Source: Rhodothermales bacterium (GTDB taxonomy: Bacteria; Bacteroidota; Rhodothermia; Rhodothermales; JANQRZ01). From it: a stretch of 64,000 bases of DNA. Made by a program: the position numbers and the translations under genes. Positions 57,021 to 64,000 of the stretch are shown in pieces. Position 1 is the stretch's first letter; every line of letters begins with the position of its first letter. The stretch covers positions 2,350,959 through 2,414,958 of the forward strand of contig CBDCCX010000006.1 of the NCBI GenBank assembly GCA_965215165.1, given 5' to 3'. The notes below the pieces were generated by a model. The model was not told the origin of the DNA and made no database searches. It saw nothing but the letters and a program-made list of their open reading frames with translations.

Positions 57021-59939
57021 CTAGCGCACGAGTGTGACGCGCTGCACCGCCGTCGCGCCCACACCCGTCGCCCGAACGAGGTAGAGCCCGCTCGGCAGCG
57101 CCGAGGCGTCCCACAGCAGCCGGTGCGTGCCGGCCTCGACCTCGGCGTCGACGAGCACCGCCACCCGGCGGCCGAGCGCGTCGTAGACGGACACCGCCAC
57201 GCGCCCACTCTTCGGCACGTCGAGCGCGAAGGTGGTGCTCGACCGGAACGGGTTCGGGTAGGCTGCGGCCAAGCCAAACGCCTCCGGTACGGCCGACACG
57301 GCGGCCTCGGCCGTCTCTACTGCGGCGTCCGACGTGGCGGCCATCAGTACCGACCCGTCAGCGGCGAGCCACGGCGTCGCCTCGCGCACGGCCCAGGTCT
57401 CCCCGCCTGCTATCGGGCGCGCCGCCGAGGTAACCTCGACCGTGAAGTCCACCTGGTCGACGACCACGCCGGGGAATTGCCCGATCTTGATCGAGTAGGT
57501 GTAGGTCCCGTTCGGCGCAAAGCCCGGCACCGGCTGCGTGAAGCTCAGCACCGGCGAGGAGGCATTCGGCGGGAGCGTCCCCGAGAGGATGCGGCCCTGG
57601 GCCAGCGTCGTCGAGCCGAGCTGGGCGGTGAAGAACACGTCGCCGGTGATCGGGGCGTTCGTGTTGTTGGTGACCGCGTAGGCAAACTGGATCGTGCCGG
57701 GCTTCGCCACGACGACCGGCGAGCCGGCCGGGTCGCCGTTGACCGCAACGAGGTCGAAGTTGGGCACGGTCAGCACCTCGACTGTCACCTCGTCGGCGCC
57801 CTCATCCACGGTCACGTCGAAGGTGTAGCCGAAGGGCCCCTCGACCGTGTCGAAGCTGCCGCTCAGCTCGCCGCCGGCGGTGAGGACAGTGAACATGTCG
57901 CCGATGCCGGGGGCGTCGCCGACGGCGATCTCGATGCGGAGCGTGCCGTTGAGGGTGGCGTCGCCGGTGACGGCGAGCTGGTCGTAGTCGTCGCCGGGCG
58001 TGTCGCCGCCGATCTCGACGACGAGCGCGGCGTCGTCCGAGGGCGTCCAGTCGTTTTGCCACGTCAGGATGCCGGGCGAGGTGCCGGGGGCGGTGTCGCC
58101 GTCGTGGGCGAAGGTGGCGTTCGTGATGTCGAACGTGCCGGTGCCCTGGATGCGCGCCTCGTCGGCGTGGTTGAACGCCGCGTTGACGTCGATCTCCCCG
58201 CTGACTACGGAGACCGTGCCGTTGTTGTCGAAGACCAGGCCGGAGGCGACGGACGAGGTGCCGGTTCCGCCGGACTTGCGCAGCACGCCATCGTTGACGA
58301 ACGCCTTCGTGCCGGTGCCGCCGCCGCTAGCGAAGTCGGCGTCCGTCTGAATGTCGAACGTGCCGCCGGCGGCGTTGACGAACGTCGCGCCGAAGATGAA
58401 GCGCAGCCCGGTCGCGCCGACGACCTCGGTGAGCCCCTCATTCGTCACAGTCGCGCCGCTGAGGTCCTTGAAGCTGCTCCCCGTCAAACGCAACAGGCCG
58501 ACGTTCGTGATGTCCTGGAGCACATTGCCGGAGCGCCACTCCAGCCCGGTGCCGCCGAAGTCGAGCGCGTCGCCGGTGAGCGTGCCGGCCTCGGCGGCGA
58601 CCGCGCCGGCGGGCTCGCCCGAGATGCGCCCGACGACGGTGTGGGTGCCGTTGCTGAACCGGACCTCGGCCCCGGCAGCGGCGGTGAACGTCGCGTCGGT
58701 GTGGGTGCCGCCGGTGTTGAGGCGCAGCATGCCGACCTCAGCGCGAACCGTGCCGTTGTTGTTGAAGACCAAGCCGGAGTTGACAGACGAGAGGCCCGTG
58801 CCGCCGGACTTGCGCAGCACGCCGTTGTTGACGAAGGTGCTGGCGGGGCTGCCGCCGCCGAAGCTGAAGCCGGCGTCGGTCTGGAGGTCGAAGAGCGCGT
58901 TGTTTACGAAGGTGCCGCCGCTGAACAGCCGCAGCCCGGTGTTGCCGACGACCTCGACCACGCCGGCGTTCGTCACCGTCGTGTTCGAGACGTCCTTGAA
59001 GCTGCTCCCCGTCAGGCGCAGCAGCCCGACATTCGTGAGGTCGACGAACCGGCCGAACTGCCACTCCAGACCCGTTCCGCCGAAGCCGAGTTGCTCGCCG
59101 GTGAGCATAGCACCGGTGACGGTGACGGCGCCGGCCGGGTTGCCCGAGAGCGTGCCGACGACGGTGTGAGTGCCGCTAGTGAACTGCACCGTCGCACCGG
59201 CATTCGCCGTAAAGGTGGCGTCGGTGTGGGTGCCAGAACTGGCGAGGCGGATCGTGCCGGTCTCGGCGCGGACGGTGGCGCTGTTGTCGACGGCGACGCT
59301 GCCGAGCGTCGAGATGCCAGTGCCGCCAGACTTGCGCACGAGCCCGTTGTTGACGAACGCCCTGGTGCCGGACCCGCCGCCATTGGCAAAGTGGCTCGCG
59401 TCACCCTGGAGGTCGAGGACGCCGCTGGCGGCGTTGACGAACGTCGCCTCGCTGATGAAGCGAATACCCGCCGTGCTGCCCATCGTCACGAGCGCCCGGT
59501 TGTCGAGCGTGCCGTCTCGGAGGTCTTTGAAGCTGCCCCCGGAGATCGCTACCAGGCCGCTGTTGACGAGCGTGCCGGTGAGTTGGCCGCCCTGCCAGTC
59601 ATACACGCCGCGAGAGAGGACCGCGCCAGGGCTGTTGAGGGTGAGGACGCGGTTCGTGTTCAGGAGCGTCTGCCTGCCGCCGGACGGCCGCCCGAGCGTG
59701 AGGCTCCGGATCGTCGGGCTAACGTCGAGCGTGACGGTGTAGGTGCCGGCGAGCGTGATGCAGGCGTCGTCGCTCGCGCCCGGCACGCCGGCCGACCAGT
59801 TGGCGGCGTCGGACCAGACGCCGCCCCCAGCGTCCGTCCAGTTCGTGGTGCAGGATTGCGCTTGGGCCGGGCTGAAGCCGACGAGCGCGAGGGCGAGGGC
59901 GAGCAGGCCGAGGCGGCAGAGGGTAGAGAGACCGGTCAT
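57021..59939 (-). CDS. Large T9SS-secreted repeat protein (beta-helix/adhesin-like)
   Basis: 972 aa. Signal peptide, about 2.6 tandem units of ~176 aa (starting at aa 133, 310 and 486, each opening (S/T)G(G/S)SFKD), then an ...EIGGDTPGDDYDQLAVTGDATLNGTL... segment, and a C-terminal Por/T9SS sorting domain (AYPNPFRSSTTFALDV...GLYLVRATG...). Confidence 0.8.
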   Translation of the reverse strand: MTGLSTLCRLGLLALALALVGFSPAQAQSCTTNWTDAGGGVWSDAANWSAGVPGASDDACITLAGTYTVTLDVSPTIRSLTLGRPSGGRQTLLNTNRVLTLNSPGAVLSRGVYDWQGGQLTGTLVNSGLVAISGGSFKDLRDGTLDNRALVTMGSTAGIRFISEATFVNAASGVLDLQGDASHFANGGGSGTRAFVNNGLVRKSGGTGISTLGSVAVDNSATVRAETGTIRLASSGTHTDATFTANAGATVQFTSGTHTVVGTLSGNPAGAVTVTGAMLTGEQLGFGGTGLEWQFGRFVDLTNVGLLRLTGSSFKDVSNTTVTNAGVVEVVGNTGLRLFSGGTFVNNALFDLQTDAGFSFGGGSPASTFVNNGVLRKSGGTGLSSVNSGLVFNNNGTVRAEVGMLRLNTGGTHTDATFTAAAGAEVRFSNGTHTVVGRISGEPAGAVAAEAGTLTGDALDFGGTGLEWRSGNVLQDITNVGLLRLTGSSFKDLSGATVTNEGLTEVVGATGLRFIFGATFVNAAGGTFDIQTDADFASGGGTGTKAFVNDGVLRKSGGTGTSSVASGLVFDNNGTVSVVSGEIDVNAAFNHADEARIQGTGTFDITNATFAHDGDTAPGTSPGILTWQNDWTPSDDAALVVEIGGDTPGDDYDQLAVTGDATLNGTLRIEIAVGDAPGIGDMFTVLTAGGELSGSFDTVEGPFGYTFDVTVDEGADEVTVEVLTVPNFDLVAVNGDPAGSPVVVAKPGTIQFAYAVTNNTNAPITGDVFFTAQLGSTTLAQGRILSGTLPPNASSPVLSFTQPVPGFAPNGTYTYSIKIGQFPGVVVDQVDFTVEVTSAARPIAGGETWAVREATPWLAADGSVLMAATSDAAVETAEAAVSAVPEAFGLAAAYPNPFRSSTTFALDVPKSGRVAVSVYDALGRRVAVLVDAEVEAGTHRLLWDASALPSGLYLVRATGVGATAVQRVTLVR

Positions 59940-60219
59940 GGAATACCTCGCGGTACTGGTGGTTGTGGACGTTCAACGGAGGAGCGGAGGCGGCTGCGTC
60001 GCTGACTCGGTGGAGCAGCCGGTTGGCAGACCGCTCCGCCGGTAGGAAACATACCAAACCGGCCTACGACCTTTGGATATTTGCACATGCGTCACAGGCG
60101 TAACGCCTCACCCACCAAGACACCCCCTCGCACTCACCATCCGGGTATCCCGGACGTGGCGCGCGTCCGCCTCCTGAAACCCGGCCTCCGAGGGGATGCG
60201 CGAGCACCAGAGGACAGCG

Positions 60220-60227
60220 TACCTTTG
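60220..60227 (+). promoter_or_regulatory. Candidate -7 promoter box TACCTTTG (TAnnTTTG) upstream of ptrB
   Basis: Exact match to the Bacteroidota sigma-A -7 consensus, 25 nt upstream of the ATG at 60252. Confidence 0.3.
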
Positions 60228-60251
60228 CGTCCCCTCGTCCTTCACACCGCT

Positions 60252-62390
60252 ATGCGCCTGCTCCACGCTCTGCTCTTCCTCGCCGCCATGCCCGCCCTTG
60301 CCCAGACCGCCCCGCCCGTCGCTGACGTCCGCCCGACCGAGCTGACGATGCACAGCGACACCCGCACCGACAACTACTTCTGGCTGAAGGAGCGCGACGA
60401 CCCCGAGGTGATCGCCTACCTCGACGCCGAGAACGCCTACTTCGAGGCCGAGACCGCCCACCTCGACGCCTTTGAGGACGCGCTCTTCGAGGAGATCAAG
60501 GGCCGCATCAAGGAGGACGATGCCGGCGTCCCCTACCGCCTCGGCGACTGGCTCTACAGCTACCGCTTCGAGACCGGCGAGCAGTACCCCGTCTACACCC
60601 GCCGCCCGCTCGGCGAGTTGGAGGCCGAGGTCGTCACCCTCGACGTGAACGCCCTCGCCCGGAACCACGAGTTCTACAGCGCCCGCGTCTCCGAAGCCTC
60701 GGTCAGCCCCGACGGCCGGACTCTGGCCTGGGCCGCCGACACGACGGGTCGCCGGCTCTACACGATCCGCTTCAAAGACTTGGAGACGGGCGAAATCCTG
60801 GGCGACGAGATATCCGCCGTGACAGGCAACTTCGCGTGGGCGAACGATAGCCAGACGTTCTTCTACAGCCGGCAGGACCCCGAGACGCTCCGCTCGGACC
60901 GCATCTTCCGCCACACGCTCGGCACCGACCCGGCCGATGACGTGCTGGTGTACGAGGAGACCGACGACACCTTCATCACGTATGTCGGCAAGACGACCTC
61001 GGACGCCTACCTCGTGATCGGCTCCAGCCAGACGCTCGCCACCGAGTACCGCATCATCCCAGCCGACGAACCCGCGACGGCCCCGCGCGTGCTCGTCCCC
61101 CGCGAGCGCGACCACGAGTACCACGTCGACCACCTCGGCGACCACTTCTACATCCGCACCAACCGGGGCGAGGGCGGCGGCAAAGCCGACAACTACCGCT
61201 TGGTCCGCGCGCCCGAGGACATGCCGGGCGTCGAGTATTGGGAGGAGGTCGTCCCCCACCGCGCCGACGTGCTCCTCGAAGACATCACGCTCTTCGACGA
61301 CTTCCTCGTGCTGAGCGAGCGCCAGGACGGCCTGACCCGGCTCCGCGTCCGCCCGTGGAACGAGCCGAGCGCCGAGCACTACGTCGCCTTCGACGACCCG
61401 GCCTACGTCGTCTACCCCGGCCAGAACCCGAACCCCGACACCGGCACGCTCCGCTTCGTCTACCAGGCGCCGACGACGCCCGCGACGACCTACGACTACG
61501 ACATGGCGACGCGCGAGCGGACCCTCCTCAAGCAGGAGCCGGTCCTCGGCGGGTTCGACTCCGGTGCCTACCGCGCCGAGCGGCTGTGGGCACCGGCCCG
61601 CGACGGCAAGCGGGTCCCGGTCTCGCTCGTCTACCGGAAAGACCGCTTCCAGAGAGACGGCTCGAACCCGCTGCTGCTCTACGGCTACGGCTCCTACGGC
61701 CACAGCATCGACCCCGGCTTCTCCTCGACGCGGCTCTCGCTGCTGGACCGCGGGTTCGTCTTCGCCATCGCCCACATCCGCGGCAGCCAGACGCTCGGGC
61801 GGGCGTGGTACGAGGACGGCAAGCTGCTCACCAAGAAGAACACCTTCACCGACTTCATCGACGCCGCCGAGCACCTCAAGGCCGAGGGCTACGCCGACCC
61901 CGCGCGCATGTACGCGATGGGCGGCTCAGCCGGCGGCCTCCTCGTGGGGGCGGTCATGAACATGCGGCCCGACCTCTTCGACGGCGTCGTGGCCCAGGTG
62001 CCCTTCGTGGACGTGATGACGACGATGCTCGACGACACGATCCCGCTCACCACGAGCGAGTACGACGAGTGGGGCAACCCCAACGACAAAGCGTACTACG
62101 ACTACATGCGCTCGTACTCGCCCTATGACAACGTGACCGCGCAGCCCTACCCGAACCTCCTCATCACGACCGGCCTGCACGACTCCCAAGTGCAGTACTG
62201 GGAGCCGGCGAAGTGGGCCGCCAAGCTCCGCGCGCTCAGGACCGACCAGAACCGGCTCTACCTCCACACCGACATGGGGGCCGGGCATGGCGGCGCGTCG
62301 GGCCGCTTCGACCGCTACCGCGAGGTCGCCCGCGACTACACCTTCCTCCTCGACCTCGCCGGGCTGACGGATACTGAATTCGGAAACTAA
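60252..62390 (+). CDS. ptrB: Oligopeptidase B / S9A prolyl-oligopeptidase-family serine peptidase
   Basis: 712 aa with a signal peptide. DNYFWLKERDDPEVIAYLDAENAY, catalytic GGSAGGLL, HDSQVQYWEPAKW, and GAGHGG near the C-terminus. Confidence 0.9.
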   Translation: MRLLHALLFLAAMPALAQTAPPVADVRPTELTMHSDTRTDNYFWLKERDDPEVIAYLDAENAYFEAETAHLDAFEDALFEEIKGRIKEDDAGVPYRLGDWLYSYRFETGEQYPVYTRRPLGELEAEVVTLDVNALARNHEFYSARVSEASVSPDGRTLAWAADTTGRRLYTIRFKDLETGEILGDEISAVTGNFAWANDSQTFFYSRQDPETLRSDRIFRHTLGTDPADDVLVYEETDDTFITYVGKTTSDAYLVIGSSQTLATEYRIIPADEPATAPRVLVPRERDHEYHVDHLGDHFYIRTNRGEGGGKADNYRLVRAPEDMPGVEYWEEVVPHRADVLLEDITLFDDFLVLSERQDGLTRLRVRPWNEPSAEHYVAFDDPAYVVYPGQNPNPDTGTLRFVYQAPTTPATTYDYDMATRERTLLKQEPVLGGFDSGAYRAERLWAPARDGKRVPVSLVYRKDRFQRDGSNPLLLYGYGSYGHSIDPGFSSTRLSLLDRGFVFAIAHIRGSQTLGRAWYEDGKLLTKKNTFTDFIDAAEHLKAEGYADPARMYAMGGSAGGLLVGAVMNMRPDLFDGVVAQVPFVDVMTTMLDDTIPLTTSEYDEWGNPNDKAYYDYMRSYSPYDNVTAQPYPNLLITTGLHDSQVQYWEPAKWAAKLRALRTDQNRLYLHTDMGAGHGGASGRFDRYREVARDYTFLLDLAGLTDTEFGN

Positions 62391-62468
62391 ACAAGAAACA
62401 TACCTCCTAATTTGTATATTCTCTAGCAAGAATGCGACTCTTTGACTGACCGATTCGTATAAAATAAA

Positions 62469-62498
62469 CGCCGCCACTCGCAAGAGCGAGCGGCGGCG
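62469..62498 (+). terminator. GC-rich hairpin inside the AT-rich tract downstream of ptrB
   Basis: CGCCGCCACTCGC-aaga-GCGAGCGGCGGCG, a 13-bp stem with one mismatch, flanked by A/T-rich sequence. Confidence 0.5.
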
Positions 62499-62799
62499 GA
62501 CACATTTAAAATATATACTGTATCTTCTCGAGTACCCACTCCACATTACGGGGAATGCTCATTGTTATTGATGTTCTTTTGAGCCATTTCCAGAAACGGA
62601 AGTCTTTGTATTTTTTCATAACTTTAATAGTTATGAACAGCCTGTTGCTTGCCTCAATTTTGCATTATTTTAACTCTCGTATTAATATCACCTGAACATC
62701 AGGCTACGCTTGGTTAATTGAATCGCCTGCCCGTACTGTGGGGTGTGGGGCAGGTTCCCCTTGTTGCTCAAATCCACTAGCAAGCGAATTCAGCAGCGG

Positions 62800-63063
62800 C
62801 TATCGGTACACGTCCCGGCGGTTGCCCACCTTCACCACTTCCACGACGAGCACATCGTCCGATATGGTGTAGACGATTCGGTAGCTCCCCTGTCGGACGC
62901 GGTAGGCCTCTCGTCCCGCGAGTTTCGTGCAGCCTGGCGGACGCGGGTCGTCCGCGAGCGCTGCGATCCGTGCCACGACGCGCTGCCGGTCCTTCTTCCG
63001 GCTGATCGCTCGAATCTCCTTTGCCGCGCTCCTCTTGATCTCGACCCGGTACCGCTCCGGCAT
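62800..63063 (-). CDS. RelE/ParE-family type II toxin
   Basis: 87 aa. Layout typical of RelE/ParE: YRVEIKRSAAKEI...L.DDPRPPGCTKL...YRVRQGSYRIVYTI.D..LVVEVVKVGNRRDVY. Confidence 0.8.
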   Translation of the reverse strand: MPERYRVEIKRSAAKEIRAISRKKDRQRVVARIAALADDPRPPGCTKLAGREAYRVRQGSYRIVYTISDDVLVVEVVKVGNRRDVYR

Positions 63064-63299
63064 CAGATCGTGCCCTCGGCCTTCAGCTCCCGGACGAACG
63101 CCTCGAAGGAAACCGTAGGTTCGTCTGCACGCTCTTCGAGCGCCGCGAGATCGTCGGCGTCCTCGGCTAGCAGCACGCGGACGGCCTCGTTGACGACATC
63201 CGAAATGGACCGCTCGGCAGCGGCGGCCTTGAGGCGGAGGGCCTTGTGGAGCGCCGAGTCGAAGTAGACCGTAGCGCGCTTCGGGGGAGGCGTAGGCAT
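63063..63299 (-). CDS. Cognate antitoxin (RHH/CopG-like N-terminus)
   Basis: 78 aa. Its stop overlaps the toxin ATG by 1 nt. The N-terminal KRATVYFDSALHKALRLKAAAAERSISDVVNEAVR resembles a ribbon-helix-helix. Confidence 0.65.
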   Translation of the reverse strand: MPTPPPKRATVYFDSALHKALRLKAAAAERSISDVVNEAVRVLLAEDADDLAALEERADEPTVSFEAFVRELKAEGTI

Positions 63300-63434
63300 C
63301 GAAAGGGTGTGGGTCGTAGAAACGCTACGACGTCAAAACGTCTTGGTCAGCTAGTGGTTTCGTGGCCTCCTACGCCGCTACGGGCTTGAGGCGGTCGAGG
63401 TAGTGGCGGTGGAGCTTGGAGACCTTCGGCGCGC

Positions 63435-63623
63435 TCACGGCCTGTGCTCTCGAGAGGCGAGCGCGTTCGCCGTTCGGATGACGCTGCCTCCTTCTGGTCG
63501 GCGGACCTTGCCGTTGTAGAAGGCGATCCGTTCCTCTCGCGTCGCCCCTTTCAATTCCTCGTAGTGGGCGTCCCGGATGCGTCGGACCATTCGCACGGCG
63601 TCAATCTGCTTCGGCTTCTCCAT
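63435..63623 (-). CDS. Small protein partner of the upstream PIN-like gene
   Basis: 62 aa with an ATG start that overlaps the PIN-like gene by 23 nt. From memory, the pattern KxxDAVRMVRRIRDxxYEELKG is the usual small neighbour of this PIN-like family. Confidence 0.4.
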   Translation of the reverse strand: MEKPKQIDAVRMVRRIRDAHYEELKGATREERIAFYNGKVRRPEGGSVIRTANALASREHRP

Positions 63624-64000
63624 AGTGGGTCACCTCCCGAGGCGAGTAGATCTGAATCGGCTTGTAGCCGCGTTCGAGGTTCACCGCATTGAACACGCGG
63701 ATTTTGTCGTAGTGTACGATGTGGCGGAAGTTCCAGCTTACGAGGAGGTCCACCTCGGCCAGCGTCGCCAGGGCGATGTGGCTCGCATCGTCGTAGTACT
63801 TCGGCGTGAGCACGCCGCGCGCGAGGTAGGCGTCGGCGAGGTCGAGCGCCTCGGCGCTTACGAGCAGAACCTCTGCGCCGAGCGCTACCAGTTCGTCGTA
63901 GGCCGCGCGGGCGCGCTCCGGTGCGTCCTCGATCTCCGCCGTGACGACGGCCGATACGACGGGCACGAAGCGGCCGAGGCGGAAGTCGTCGAACAGCCCG
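63601..64000 (-). CDS. PIN-like domain protein (VapC-like), 5' end outside the window
   Basis: The frame is open to the window edge (...LFDDFRLGRFVPVVSAVV...). YYDDASHIALATLAEVDLLVSWNFRHIV is the C-terminal acidic-residue block of PIN-like nucleases. Confidence 0.6.
   Translation of the reverse strand, partial: GLFDDFRLGRFVPVVSAVVTAEIEDAPERARAAYDELVALGAEVLLVSAEALDLADAYLARGVLTPKYYDDASHIALATLAEVDLLVSWNFRHIVHYDKIRVFNAVNLERGYKPIQIYSPREVTHYGEAEAD

Noticed and set aside
62506-62695. Two small ORFs in the AT-rich tract: a 46-aa hydrophobic peptide (62555..62695, +) and a 37-aa Lys-rich peptide (62506..62619, -). Either could be a type I toxin or a leader peptide.
   Set aside because: AT-rich sequence yields Phe/Ile/Leu/Lys-rich ORFs by chance. 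There is no ribosome-binding context and no conservation evidence available.

Overview
This is a 64-kb, very GC-rich chromosomal segment. It probably comes from a Rhodothermota/Bacteroidota-type organism: two proteins carry T9SS C-terminal sorting domains, and there is a TonB-dependent receptor, a DUF4249-like lipoprotein and TAnnTTTG-like -7 boxes.

The housekeeping backbone is clear: tRNA-Val(GAC), thrS, fabF-acpP, metK, ahcY, nfi, catalase, SRP RNA (ffs), priA, rpe, tkt, a DEAD-box helicase, ppc and oligopeptidase B.

Several accessory blocks sit between these genes.
1. A lower-GC four-gene insert is bracketed by a diverged duplication of the thrS 3' end.
2. A galactofuranose-type glycan cluster (GT1-like, glf, GH1-like, GT4).
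3. A same-strand cluster pairs a YqcI/YcgG (GntA-family) protein with a FAD+Rieske oxidoreductase, a DUF1989 protein and a VOC protein. It contains a 12-bp tandem repeat and a relic copy of a gene junction.
4. A tightly translationally coupled seven-gene operon (Gfo/Idh/MocA, MDR dehydrogenase, GT4, GT2, acyl-CoA-dehydrogenase fold, PIG-L/LmbE deacetylase, NodS-like methyltransferase). It follows the GlcNAc-transfer/deacetylation logic of the mycothiol, bacillithiol and aminoglycoside pathways but matches none of them. This is my best candidate for an undescribed system.
5. A BVMO-esterase-SDR ketone-oxidation cassette with a TetR regulator.
6. A 972-aa T9SS repeat protein and a T9SS-tagged chlorophyllase/cutinase-like hydrolase.
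7. A strikingly AT-rich tract followed by two toxin-antitoxin-like pairs at the right edge.

I saw no CRISPR array, integrase, transposase or rRNA. Many long ORFs in the six-frame track are alternative-frame artefacts of the high G+C content. All calls rest on reading the translations and the sequence by eye; no database searches were run.
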